Source of the DNA: Candidatus Bathyarchaeia archaeon
GTDB lineage: Archaea; Thermoproteota; Bathyarchaeia; 40CM-2-53-6
Length of the DNA: 64,000 bases
Direction: 5' to 3'
Assembly (NCBI GenBank): GCA_050013255.1
Contig: JBEKFP010000001.1
Location: 1-64,000 of the forward strand
Shown one piece after another: positions 21,539 to 31,783 of this stretch. Numbering within the stretch: position 1 is the first letter of the stretch; each line of letters starts with the position of its first letter. A program made the position numbers and the translations under genes. Under the pieces are notes generated by a model. That model searched no databases and had not been told where the DNA came from. It worked only from the letters and a program-made list of their open reading frames with translations.

Positions 21539-21705
21539 GCGCGTCGCTCAGGTGAAGCTTGATCGTTAATGTTCCTAAGATAAACGAATGTTGCCAATTC
21601 ACATGTGGATATGGGAGAGGATTCCGCCTGCCCACCTTTGATAAGCAGAAGTTACAAACCACTACAGCCTGCAACAGTGAGCCCATTTAACCAGAAGTGC
21701 AAGGC

Positions 21706-23214
21706 ATGTCGAAACTCGCCGCAATTGATGTCGGTTCAAACGCGATACGGCTAGCGATAGCCTCAGCCGATGATGAGGGGAGGTTGCACATAGTCCAAAC
21801 TGACCGAGAGGCAGTGCGGCTAGGCTCCGATGTGTTCGCAAAAGGCGAGATTTCCGATAGTCGACTTGTTGAAGCAATGGATGCGTTCCTCAAATTTCGA
21901 AGACTGATCAACCAGCACAAAGTGAAGTCAGTGAGAGCAGTGGGCACTAGCGCTATCCGGGAAGCACGGAATCGAGATTATTGCATAAATCAGATTGCAA
22001 AAGCGACCGAAATAATCATCGAGCCAATTAGCGGAGAAGAAGAGGCACGCTTGCTTTACTTAGCTACTTCTAAAGCCGTGAACTTGGAGGGCAAGGTGGC
22101 GCTCCTCGTGGATATTGGCGGCGGTAGCGTCGAGATAACCCTCGCAACCGGACGCGAGATAATTGCCACCGAAAGCTTCGGCATTGGCACTGTCAGACTA
22201 TTGCAGATGCTGGAACAGAAGAAGCGGGGTGAGAGAGCCTTTCGGCAGCTTGCTCGTGAATACATCAACGTTTCAGGTACGCGCCTTCGAAAGGAAATCG
22301 GTGAACGCAAAGTAGACTTATGCATCGCTACTGGCGGCAACGTCGAATCCCTAGGAGACCTACGAGTACAATTGTGCGATGGAAGAGATGACACTTCGGT
22401 AAGCATGGACGAGCTCGGTTCAATTCTTAAAGAGCTACAGTCCCGGTCTTATGAAGACAGGATCAAAGACTTCGGATTACGACCGGACAGAGCAGACGTA
22501 ATCATTCCAGCTACGATCGTTCTCCAAAGCGTCGCGAAAGAAGCACAAGTCCAGCAAATCCTAATCCCCCGCGTCGGAGTCAGAGAAGGACTTCTAATTG
22601 ATATGGCAGAAGGGCTGAAGGGCACTGCAGGACCACTGCACCGAACCCAAGTAATCACCTCCGCAAGACTGCTGGGAAGGAAGTATGATTACGAAGTGCA
22701 GCATGCACTGACTGTCGCCCGTTTCGCGGTTCAACTGTTTGACGCTACAAAGAAGCTCCATAAGTTGGGTTATGACGAAAGGACGCTTCTCGAAGGTGCC
22801 GCACTGTTGCATGACATCGGCTACTACATCGGTCAAACGGACCACCACAAGCACACATACTATTTGGTCAATGCTTCACCCATACTTGGTCTCGACGATA
22901 CGGAGAAGGCAATCGTCGCGAATGTGGCTCGCTATCACAGCCGATCATTCCCTAAACCTAACCATAAGGAATACGCGGACCTTTCACCCAAACGGCGTCA
23001 AATAGTTGTCAAATTGGCTGCAATCCTGCGGCTCGCAGAAGCCCTGGACCACGAGCATTCCAACAAAATACAACATATCAAGCTTATCAAAGGCAAAAAG
23101 AAGATCATTCTGCGTCTGAGGGGTCAAGGAGACCTACTGCTTGAGAAATGGGCACTGAGTTACAATTCTCGATTATTCCAAAAAGTATACAAGAAAAAAG
23201 TAGTGATAGAGTAA
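21706..23214 (+). CDS. ppx: exopolyphosphatase Ppx/GppA with HD domain
   Basis: AIDVGSNAIRL, ISGEEEA, DIGGGSVE, RADVI, GVREG, LLHDIG. Confidence 0.95.
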   Translation: MSKLAAIDVGSNAIRLAIASADDEGRLHIVQTDREAVRLGSDVFAKGEISDSRLVEAMDAFLKFRRLINQHKVKSVRAVGTSAIREARNRDYCINQIAKATEIIIEPISGEEEARLLYLATSKAVNLEGKVALLVDIGGGSVEITLATGREIIATESFGIGTVRLLQMLEQKKRGERAFRQLAREYINVSGTRLRKEIGERKVDLCIATGGNVESLGDLRVQLCDGRDDTSVSMDELGSILKELQSRSYEDRIKDFGLRPDRADVIIPATIVLQSVAKEAQVQQILIPRVGVREGLLIDMAEGLKGTAGPLHRTQVITSARLLGRKYDYEVQHALTVARFAVQLFDATKKLHKLGYDERTLLEGAALLHDIGYYIGQTDHHKHTYYLVNASPILGLDDTEKAIVANVARYHSRSFPKPNHKEYADLSPKRRQIVVKLAAILRLAEALDHEHSNKIQHIKLIKGKKKIILRLRGQGDLLLEKWALSYNSRLFQKVYKKKVVIE

Positions 23215-23317
23215 TGACGAAGTCACAAGGCCAGATCCGGAAGATCCATGCAAATCCATCTCCGACGGAGTTCGCCCGGGTTGGAAGACTACATGGCAAT
23301 CAGAAGGTTGTCTATAG

Positions 23318-25093
23318 TTGAGTAAAACTCCAAGGAGAAAGAGGACGCCGACTAGGCCACGCCAGTCATCGTGGCGACCCCGCTCAGCAAGAACTCCACT
23401 CAAGAACGTGAGAAAAAGAAAAACAACTCCTTCCAACATAAAGCCCAAAAGAATCGGGAGAATATCGGCGAGTAGAAAGCGATATTCTCCCAACGCACGA
23501 CGTTCATCGCCAAAACGAGTTAAAGGAAGAACTCCAAGGAAAAGCGCGAGAAAGAGAGAGAAAGGCAAGGGATCTTCAAAGAAACCCATCCTGACAGGGC
23601 GACTCGTGCAGAGCTATCCTAGGAAGCCACGTCCACGCCCATCACGCCGAGCCATATCTAAACGGCATGCACCAACGCCGATTGCAATTAGACCACCAAC
23701 ACGGAGACTGAGACGGAGGGCACGCGTCCCTGACGTGCTAAACTTCATTTCCGACACCTTGGAGCGTGAATGGAATGGTTACAGGAAGCGTCTCCAGGAA
23801 TTTCGGCAGAAGGCGTCGGTCAAGAACGTCCACGATCTTCGCGTTAACATAAGGCGGCTCATGACGTGCCTTGAGTTGATTGAGCGATTCAATCCGGATA
23901 ATGCCGTCCGGAGAGCCCGCATTAACCTCAAAGAGCAATTGTCAAAGCTTAGCAATCTCAGGGACGCTCACGTCGAAATGGTGGCTATTCGCGGCTATCT
24001 GAGACAGTTACCTGAGATCAAACAATTCTACGATGAGTTACGCGATAGAGAAAGCGACTACCTCAGCGCCGCCAAGAAGATGTCCTCGAAGACGAAATTC
24101 ATTGAAAACGCGATCAATAGGGCGAAAGTTCGGCTTGTGGCTCGACGAGCCACAATAACTGTATCAGGCGCCAGCAAAATCATCAACGATGCAGTGGATC
24201 GTTCCTTTGACAATGTCAACGGAAAACTCGAATACGTCACTATCGCTGACTATTCAACGATTCACAGCGTAAGACTCGCATTCAAACCGTTCAGATACCT
24301 GCTGGAGATGCTGCAACCGTTGATTCCAATAGAACGCAAGCAGTTAAGAACCGCTCAATCGCTCGCGCGAATGATGGGTAAAATCCAAGACATTGAGGTT
24401 CTGATGAAGCGGTTGGTTGAATTCAGATGGAAAAAGGATAACGCTCGGCGAGCCATGATTGAAATATGGTTGGATCTTGAACGAAGAAAAACTGAGGCCG
24501 CTCAACGCTTTCTAAGAGCTATTCCTAAGTTGGGGAATATTTGGAAACCAATAATCCATGAACAAACGGGGTTCAGGACTGTTGATTCAAGAACCCTCTA
24601 CGTTCTCCGGCACGGGATCGCAATCGCCCGCGGAGACCCGGGCTATCCATTAGATTCCGACCGCCCGTTAACGTCCAAAGGAATGAAGAAAGTGCGTCGG
24701 ATCGTCACGGGAATGCGCCGTCTTGACGTTGAGTTTGACGTCATTCTAACGAGCCCATATAGGCGAGCGCTTGAAACTGCGTTCGAAGTCGGTCGAGAGT
24801 ATAGACTAGGTGAAATGATTCAAACTACACCTGCATTGAAACCAGAGGTTCTCCCAGAAGAAGTGATCAGGGTACTGCAGGACAAGTATGCATCAAATCG
24901 TAATCTGTTACTTGTGGGACATGAGCCTCAACTAAGTGCGTTTGTCTCCACGTTGACTTCAGGTAGCGCAGGCGCAAGGCCACTAATGAAAAAAGGAGGG
25001 CTATGTAAGCTTCAAGTAGAGAAGTTGCAAGTCGGGAAGTGTGCGACGCTGCTGTGGCTTCTTACCCCCAAACAACTCACTAATATGGCCTAA
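23318..25093 (+). CDS. CHAD + SixA-like histidine phosphatase fusion with long basic N-terminal extension
   Basis: HDLRVNIRRL (CHAD); LRHGIA, RPLT, TSPYRRALET, LVGHEP (SixA); start uncertain. Confidence 0.85.
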   Translation: MSKTPRRKRTPTRPRQSSWRPRSARTPLKNVRKRKTTPSNIKPKRIGRISASRKRYSPNARRSSPKRVKGRTPRKSARKREKGKGSSKKPILTGRLVQSYPRKPRPRPSRRAISKRHAPTPIAIRPPTRRLRRRARVPDVLNFISDTLEREWNGYRKRLQEFRQKASVKNVHDLRVNIRRLMTCLELIERFNPDNAVRRARINLKEQLSKLSNLRDAHVEMVAIRGYLRQLPEIKQFYDELRDRESDYLSAAKKMSSKTKFIENAINRAKVRLVARRATITVSGASKIINDAVDRSFDNVNGKLEYVTIADYSTIHSVRLAFKPFRYLLEMLQPLIPIERKQLRTAQSLARMMGKIQDIEVLMKRLVEFRWKKDNARRAMIEIWLDLERRKTEAAQRFLRAIPKLGNIWKPIIHEQTGFRTVDSRTLYVLRHGIAIARGDPGYPLDSDRPLTSKGMKKVRRIVTGMRRLDVEFDVILTSPYRRALETAFEVGREYRLGEMIQTTPALKPEVLPEEVIRVLQDKYASNRNLLLVGHEPQLSAFVSTLTSGSAGARPLMKKGGLCKLQVEKLQVGKCATLLWLLTPKQLTNMA

Positions 25094-25799
25094 TATCGTG
25101 CGCACCGGAATTCTATTCCTTCACCGAATGAACATGAAGCATTTTCATAACATGTTGTGGTGCGGTCCATAATGAATCTGTAATTACAGCGATCTTTCGT
25201 TGACCTTGACCGATCGGTGAAGCAACCGTCCTTTCTCCAAGCAAGCTACTTGCAAAAGTCATTATCAGGATGATCAGAGCATTGAATGGCTGTGCTGTTT
25301 GGGTCTCCCAATTCTGTAGACTATCGCGTGGCCACGTGTAGATGCCTCTATCCACTTGCAGTCCCTACAGCGCCTAACGGATTCTCAAGCTTCCGACTCG
25401 AATCGCGTCGTTGACCTGCACCTAGGACAAAGCAGATAAAACGACGACATGGATGAGTCAGACAGCTACGCTCTAGTAATCGACTGTGTCAGCGAAAAGT
25501 TGAACCCACTAAAGGCAATTTAGTGGGCGAAAAAGATGATGAATCCTTTAAGTTCAGAGCGATGTTAACTGCTCATTCAACAGATCAGTTTACAGTCTCT
25601 CTTGTGACGCAATCGAGCTAAATTCTAAATCCTAAATTCTATCACGATCAGGAGTGCAGAAAATTGGACTATCCCTATACCAACAGGTACAAGGACGCTG
25701 CCATAGCCGTGGGTTTGGAAGGATCGATGGTCGAAATCGACCAAAAACAGCTCAAAACGAGACAGAAGCTCTAAAAACCGGTCATCGAACCCGACGATA

Positions 25800-25904
25800 T
25801 GGTGGGCCCGGAGGGATTCGAACCCTCGACCAGCAGGTTCCTCAGTTACGCATATGAGCTTCGACCTTCTTTCTGTCGCTCTAGCCTAGCTGAGCTACGG
25901 GCCC
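25800..25904 (-). tRNA. tRNA with CAU anticodon, probably tRNA-Ile2; introns at 30/31 (13 nt) and 37/38 (14 nt)
   Basis: Spliced 78-nt cloverleaf GGGCCCGTAGCTCAGCTAGGCTAGAGCGACAGGCTCATAACCTGCTGGTCGAGGGTTCGAATCCCTCCGGGCCCACCA; splice helices CGAC/GTCG and CTCA/TGAG. Confidence 0.9.
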
Positions 25905-26114
25905 GTAGTCTTCTAGTAGGTTTAGGCCGGACATTTCAGGGTTAGGGTTCTCGTTTGCTACGCAAGTCTTTCGGAGACCTCAATTGTCAAGTCCAAGAAA
26001 GAGAAATGAATCTCAATGGGATGCTTTAGGCAAGGGATGCGGCAACTCTTCACTTCGGCTACGAACACTTAATTCTATATTCAAACAGCGACTCATAATA
26101 TCGGTTGAACATCG

Positions 26115-26402
26115 ATGGCAAAACAGGACGACTTGGGGTTTAATCCGCTTGAGGAACTTGACCGTAGCGAAGCTCGCATCGTAGTCAGGCTGGAGTTCAG
26201 GCGATTTAGAAAACCTGTAACACTCATTCAGGGGCTTCCGGGCTCTCGTTTAGAGGAAATTGCCCGCGAATTGAAGCGGCGGTTCGGGGCGGGGGGAACC
26301 ACTAAGGGTGGAGAGGTTCTACTTCAGGGAGACCACCGAGTCCACATCAAAGAGGAACTTGTCAAGTTAGGATTCCCCGTCGATCATATCGACATGATCT
26401 AA
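26115..26402 (+). CDS. sui1: translation initiation factor aIF-1 (SUI1)
   Basis: RRFRKPVTLIQG, LKRRFGAGGT, LQGDHR. Confidence 0.92.
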   Translation: MAKQDDLGFNPLEELDRSEARIVVRLEFRRFRKPVTLIQGLPGSRLEEIARELKRRFGAGGTTKGGEVLLQGDHRVHIKEELVKLGFPVDHIDMI

Positions 26403-26409
26403 CGAGTTG

Positions 26410-26560
26410 TGGTGCTCCGGGCGGGATTTTCTGCGATTGGACCATCGCTTTCGAACCCGCGTCGCTGACTCTCTCCACAAGCTCGAGAGGCCAGCATACT
26501 CTCGGCGTCACACGCCTTGACCGGGCTATATTCGGTAGCTTAATCAGCTTCTACCGGAGC
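26410..26560 (-). tRNA. tRNA-Glu(CUC) with four introns
   Basis: Removing inserts of 20, 17, 13 and 23 nt gives a 78-nt cloverleaf ending in CCA; each insert forms a strict or relaxed BHB motif. Confidence 0.9.
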
Positions 26561-26603
26561 CCCAGCTGCCCGGAGCACCCCGACTATCGCAACCCAACGG
26601 TAT

Positions 26604-27260
26604 TCAAGCGTTCCGTTTTCGTGCTATCATTACCGCGAATGCGACCACAATCACGGCTATGAGCAAAGTTCCCGCCGCAATGTAGCTCGGGTCTATGATC
26701 AGTGGTTGAGCGACAGACGTTCCGGGATTCGTCTCATGGGTAACGATTGCTTCGTTTGTGGTAGTGGTTCCAACTGAAGTCGTCGCCACAGTGTCCGTTG
26801 TTTGCTGCGTCGTAGCGCTTAATGTGCCAACCTGGATGGCGATGGTGCGCTCCATCGGGGATGCAACCATTCCACCATCTTCGAATAAGTAGACGATGAG
26901 TTCTAGCCTCCACGGTCCATCACTGCTAGGGGCGGTAGCCGCATTCGAAACGCTTGCGGTGACGCTGGGTCTCCAACCTATGTCAAAGGGGCTCGATGAA
27001 AGGATACTCTTTGTTTGAAGGTCTACCAGGTCGACTCTGCCCGTATAGTAACTTCTCCATTGTGCGCACAGAATGAGCATGCTTGTATTAACGGCAATTG
27101 ATTGACCTGGACTTGAAGTGGCTGGATAATCCATGTTCAATTCAGCGACGTTGCAGCGGTCGGCGTAAACTTCGTGAATGGCGATGGATGGCGTTGCCAC
27201 AGTAACAAGCACTAAGAAACAGCAGAAGAGAACTACCTTAGACGGTATTCTGACCTGCAT
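26604..27260 (-). CDS. secreted, C-terminally anchored protein with Thr-rich linker
   Basis: Signal peptide, beta-rich domain, T-rich stretch, TM helix followed by RKR. Confidence 0.75.
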   Translation of the reverse strand: MQVRIPSKVVLFCCFLVLVTVATPSIAIHEVYADRCNVAELNMDYPATSSPGQSIAVNTSMLILCAQWRSYYTGRVDLVDLQTKSILSSSPFDIGWRPSVTASVSNAATAPSSDGPWRLELIVYLFEDGGMVASPMERTIAIQVGTLSATTQQTTDTVATTSVGTTTTNEAIVTHETNPGTSVAQPLIIDPSYIAAGTLLIAVIVVAFAVMIARKRNA

Positions 27261-27332
27261 CGTCCCTCGGAATAACGTACGGGCTTGGTTGACTTAAGTA
27301 AGAGTGGAATTTGTAGAATGGCGGCCCGTAGT

Positions 27333-28961
27333 TTAGTATTCTGGCATTTCTCCGCCTCTGGGAGGCGGCGTGGGAGGCGGTTTGGCGGCGGCAATTACGT
27401 CATCGATTCTTAGTATCATTGATGCGGCTTCGGTGGCGGACCGGATCGCTTGTTCCTTGACTCGGACGGGTTCACTTACGCCTTGTTTTCTCATGTCTTT
27501 GACTTCGCCTTTGAAGACGTCTACGCCTTGCGGCCCTCCCTCTTTCTTGTCGTGTGCCGAACGGAGGGCAACCATAATGTCTATAGGGTCTAGGCCGGCG
27601 TTTTCCGCTAAGGTTTTCGGAATTATCTCTAAAGTGTCGGCGAAGGCTTCTATCGCAAGTTGCTCACGCCCGCCAACCTTGCTAGCGTAATCTCTGAGTT
27701 TCTTGGAAAGTTCGGCTTCGATGGCGCCCGCCCCTGTAACTACTTTGGGCCTCTGCACTACATCGATAACGACCGATAGAGCGTCCTTCAGAGCCCGCTC
27801 CGCCTCGTCGACTAGGCGCTCCAAGCCGGCTCGGATAAGCACACTAACCGACCTTGGGTCTTTGCAACCCTCAATGAAGACCATCTTATCGTCTCCAATC
27901 TTCCTTTCCTCAACTAGGTCTGCTTTGCCCAGATCTGGAGCTTTCAAGTCGTCAAGGTTTGTTACGATCTTTCCGCCCGTTGCCCTTGCTAGCTTTTCCA
28001 TGTCCGATTTCTTGATTCTTCGTACCGCGAGCATTCCTTCCTTTGAGAGGTAGTGCTGTGTTGTGTCGTCAATCCCCTTTTGGCACAGGACAACGCTCGC
28101 TCCCGAAGCTTTGATTTTGTCAACCATTTCCTTCATCATGTGAGTTTCCTCATCGAGGAAGGCTTTCATCTGGGACGGGTCGTTGATGCGTATTTCCGCC
28201 GATATCTCGGTCTTCTCAATTTCGAGGGCAGCATCTATGAGGGCAATCTTCGCGTTCTTTACCTGCTTTGGCATCCCTGGGTGGACAACTTCCTTGTCTA
28301 CAATAATGCCCCTAACCAGTTGAGTGTCGAGGAGGCTCTTGCCCTCCTTCTTGACAAGCTGGATGTTATCGATGTCAGCGTACCACGACTCGCCGCGCTT
28401 TTCCTTTACTAGTTGAACCGCTTCGATCGCAATATCTGCGAAGTGCTCACGAGCGCCACCTAAACCCTTGCTATGCATCGCAGTCATAGCGACTTTCTTG
28501 AGCGCAGCCTTATCATCAAGTCTTACTGGTTCGGAAAGGGAGTCAAGAAGTTGAATCGCTTTGTCTGCAGCTTTCTTGTAGCCCGCTACAATAGTTGTTG
28601 GGTGGACGCCATCATCAAGCAAGTCTTGGGCTCGTTTAAGTAATCCTCCGGCGAGGACCACGGCGGTCGTCGTTCCGTCGCCAACTTCATCATCCTGCGT
28701 CTTGGCGACTTCCACCATCATTTTCGCAGCGGGGTTTTGAACATCAACCTCGTCGAGAACGGTGGCTCCGTCATTTGTTACTGTAACATCGCCGAGACTA
28801 TCGACGAGCATTTTGTCCATTCCGCGAGGACCGAGAGTGGTCTTTACCACTTCAGACACAATGATTGCCGCGGTAATGTTGCTTCGTTGAGCATCGCGGC
28901 CTCTATTGCGTGTGGATCCTTCCTTTAGAATGAGTACCTGCTGACCGGAGAGATAGGCCAT
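27333..28961 (-). CDS. ths: thermosome subunit, second paralogue
   Basis: [16 protein letters not shown]; Pro-rich C-terminal tail. Confidence 0.97.
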   Translation of the reverse strand: MAYLSGQQVLILKEGSTRNRGRDAQRSNITAAIIVSEVVKTTLGPRGMDKMLVDSLGDVTVTNDGATVLDEVDVQNPAAKMMVEVAKTQDDEVGDGTTTAVVLAGGLLKRAQDLLDDGVHPTTIVAGYKKAADKAIQLLDSLSEPVRLDDKAALKKVAMTAMHSKGLGGAREHFADIAIEAVQLVKEKRGESWYADIDNIQLVKKEGKSLLDTQLVRGIIVDKEVVHPGMPKQVKNAKIALIDAALEIEKTEISAEIRINDPSQMKAFLDEETHMMKEMVDKIKASGASVVLCQKGIDDTTQHYLSKEGMLAVRRIKKSDMEKLARATGGKIVTNLDDLKAPDLGKADLVEERKIGDDKMVFIEGCKDPRSVSVLIRAGLERLVDEAERALKDALSVVIDVVQRPKVVTGAGAIEAELSKKLRDYASKVGGREQLAIEAFADTLEIIPKTLAENAGLDPIDIMVALRSAHDKKEGGPQGVDVFKGEVKDMRKQGVSEPVRVKEQAIRSATEAASMILRIDDVIAAAKPPPTPPPRGGEMPEY

Positions 28962-29226
28962 TTTTGTTACCTCGGGTGACACCCATGGATAAAAACGACC
29001 AGTAGATAAGCATTTTTCTATTCAACACCTTAACGGTCGAAGGCTATTCTGGTTACAAGAATGCGATTAAGAAAATGCCTTCCAAACTGGATCATGAACT
29101 ACTCGGATTCTTCGGGTTCCAACCGGAAATCTCGCGTGCATTGCCTAGCGAACTTATTATACCGGTCTCGCCATTCGTCCACACAGAAAATTCTAGAATC
29201 TTCGGGAACGTTCGAGGAAAGTACAT

Positions 29227-29928
29227 TTGCCCGTTAACCTCTTGGTGCGAACCAGCAAACTTCGCAACTGCACTCTCGTAACAGGTTTTCATGGCGTAGG
29301 TGAAACAGGATACATTTCCGTCTCTTATCTCGTTCATGCTTTGAATGCGAAGAGAATTGGATTCGTCGACGTGGCACACCCGCCCCCATTTATCGCAACC
29401 TCCGAAGATGGTTTGGTGACGCCGTTCGAGGTTTACCGGGCTGGAAGGATAGTGCTTGTGAAATTGGAGTTTTCTCCGCATAGGGCGGAGGAAGCAGAGT
29501 TCGCCAAGACTCTTGCACGATGGATTGTAGAAAACAAATTCAAAGACGCCATTCTCATCGGGGGCCTAGACGGAGCTCTGAAGTCCGGCAAGGACGGCGT
29601 CAGAATAGTTACAACCGGCGACTACCCTGTGAAAGCAAAGAAGATGAACCACCCAAAACTCGAAGCGGGCTTATTCGTTTACGGCCCGCTGGCCGTCATG
29701 TTAGGGGAATTCGAGAAGCTGAGCTTTCCCGCCGTTGCAGTACTCCCTTACGCCTCAGCTGAACACGCAGATCCTAAGGCCGCGGCCACTGCGATCAGGG
29801 CGGTGTCAAAAGCATACGGGCTGAAAGTCGATGTCAGGGACTTGGAATACGATGCTGAGGATATCGAGGAGGAAATTGATAAGCGGATGCAGCAAACTGC
29901 CCGCTCACTGCGTGGCTTGTATGGTTAA
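29227..29928 (+). CDS. PAC2-family proteasome assembly chaperone
   Basis: VTGFHGVGETG, IGGLD, YGPLA, DPKAAA. Confidence 0.85.
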   Translation: MPVNLLVRTSKLRNCTLVTGFHGVGETGYISVSYLVHALNAKRIGFVDVAHPPPFIATSEDGLVTPFEVYRAGRIVLVKLEFSPHRAEEAEFAKTLARWIVENKFKDAILIGGLDGALKSGKDGVRIVTTGDYPVKAKKMNHPKLEAGLFVYGPLAVMLGEFEKLSFPAVAVLPYASAEHADPKAAATAIRAVSKAYGLKVDVRDLEYDAEDIEEEIDKRMQQTARSLRGLYG

Positions 29929-30000
29929 TGCAACATTCATACATTAGTGTGCCAGTTACCAACCGCAAGTTAGGTTCATGATTAGATTAGCTGATAACGA

Positions 30001-31257
30001 ATGCAACTTCGATTCTTAGGTGCATGTCAAGAAGTAGGTAGGTCCGCAATTGCGGTCAAAGGCGTCCGTAGCCAAATCCTGATGGATTACGGCGTCATGA
30101 TAAACCACGACATAGGCTTCCCGGTTCACGTTTCACCAAGAGACTTAGACGCAGTCATACTAACACACGCTCACCTCGACCACAGTGGGCTGATACCCCT
30201 CTTCTACGTTCACTCAAAACTACCAGTCTATGCCGTTGAACCGACCTTCCAATTGACCCGAGTATTGGTGCGGGACATGATCAAGCTTAGCGGTTACTTC
30301 CTTCCGTACGAGTACATCGACCTAGAAACCATGATGAATCACGCCGTCCCCGTGGAATACCATTCAAAATTCAAAGCAGGGGACTCTGAAATCACCATGG
30401 TTAACGCCGGCCATATTCCTGGCAGTGCGCAGGTGATTGTGAAAAATGATGGCAAACGGGTGCTCTACACGGGTGACTTTAACCTGATTCCGACTCACCT
30501 CGTTCCTGGCGCTGACAGAGAATATGGGAACCTAGACGCAATAGTGATCGAAAGCACATACGCCATGGGTGACCACCCAGACAGAACTGAGTCTGAGCGC
30601 AACTTCGTCTTGGCCTGCAAGGAAGTTGTTGAAGGAGGAGGAACCGTTCTTGTTCCAGCCTTCGGCGTTGGCCGGTCCCAAGAAATTATTTGCATGCTCG
30701 CCGACCACAACTTCAATCACAAAGTTTTCGTCGACGGCATGGCACTGGACGCGATTAGAATGCTGGAGAAGTATCCGAAAGCATTGAAAGACGAACAGCT
30801 GTTCCGGAGAGCTATGAAGGAGGCTGAGCAAATCAGGAACTGGCATGACAGGAGGAGTGCGGCCCGAACCGAGGGAGTGATAGTATCGCCTGCCGGGATG
30901 CTCAAAGGAGGGGCATCAGTCTTCTACATGGAAAACATCGCCAGTAACCAGGATAACGGAATCTTTCTCGTAAGCTACCAAGTTCAAGGCTCGCCAGGAA
31001 GGATACTCTTGGACGAGGGTCAATTCATTTTGCATGGAAAAGCAAGGAAGGTCAGTGCCCGAGTTGAGAAATTTGATTTCTCTTCACACGGCGGAAAGAC
31101 CCAACTCGAGGAGACATTGAAAGAAGTTGACAAGAAAACTCGAGTCTTCGTTGTTCACGGCGAAGAGGGAAACTGTAAGCATTTGGCGGAATGGGCATCT
31201 CAAGAATTGGGTCTCCAGACCTCGACCCCTCGACCAGGTGAGACCTACGACCTCTGA
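30001..31257 (+). CDS. MBL-fold beta-CASP ribonuclease (aCPSF2-like)
   Basis: LGACQEVGRS, THAHLDHSG, AGHIPGS, YTGD, ESTY, FSSH, VHGE. Confidence 0.92.
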   Translation: MQLRFLGACQEVGRSAIAVKGVRSQILMDYGVMINHDIGFPVHVSPRDLDAVILTHAHLDHSGLIPLFYVHSKLPVYAVEPTFQLTRVLVRDMIKLSGYFLPYEYIDLETMMNHAVPVEYHSKFKAGDSEITMVNAGHIPGSAQVIVKNDGKRVLYTGDFNLIPTHLVPGADREYGNLDAIVIESTYAMGDHPDRTESERNFVLACKEVVEGGGTVLVPAFGVGRSQEIICMLADHNFNHKVFVDGMALDAIRMLEKYPKALKDEQLFRRAMKEAEQIRNWHDRRSAARTEGVIVSPAGMLKGGASVFYMENIASNQDNGIFLVSYQVQGSPGRILLDEGQFILHGKARKVSARVEKFDFSSHGGKTQLEETLKEVDKKTRVFVVHGEEGNCKHLAEWASQELGLQTSTPRPGETYDL

Positions 31258-31267
31258 GGTTCTCGGA

Positions 31268-31783
31268 GTGATTCAAGTCGGGTCAACGAGCGATTACTCT
31301 CTTGGCACGTTCAAGAATGAATTCTCCAACAGCTTTCCAAGTTTCGCGTTGGAAACGATGCGCCCTCTGCCTGATCCGTCTGAGGCTTACGATGCATTGC
31401 GTGGGCAGTACCATTCCACTCGCCTGCTTGTACTCTTAGAGCAGCATCTGCGCACTGTTCCCGCGGACAGATTGTTGGGCGTTACAGCCTTTGACCTGTT
31501 CGTCCCAGGGATGAACTTCGTATTCGGCGAAGCCCGATGCCCAGGCTACGTGGCGGTTATTTCGACCCAGCGACTAAGAACATCCCCAAAAGACCAAGGC
31601 TTGTTTCGAGAAAGAGTGCTTAAGGAATCGGTGCATGAAATAGGCCACACGCAAGGGCTCAAGCATTGCCCTGACCCGTTATGCGTGATGCATTTCTCTG
31701 AACATATCGGCGATACGGATAGAAAGAGTTCAACCTTCTGCAAGGAATGCCATTCGGACTTAGTGAGGCAGAAAGTTGGGTAA
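31268..31783 (+). CDS. amzA: archaemetzincin Zn metalloprotease
   Basis: NFVFGEA, HEIGHTQGLKHC, CVMHFS, FCKEC; start approximate. Confidence 0.92.
   Translation: MIQVGSTSDYSLGTFKNEFSNSFPSFALETMRPLPDPSEAYDALRGQYHSTRLLVLLEQHLRTVPADRLLGVTAFDLFVPGMNFVFGEARCPGYVAVISTQRLRTSPKDQGLFRERVLKESVHEIGHTQGLKHCPDPLCVMHFSEHIGDTDRKSSTFCKECHSDLVRQKVG

Noticed and set aside
25113-25355. Possible SpoIIAA-like fragment (KIAVITD..W)
   Set aside because: The similarity is too short to support a call.
25800-25904. tRNA-Met assignment
   Set aside because: The GGGCCC acceptor stem and the UAU paralogue favour Ile2, though Met is not formally excluded.
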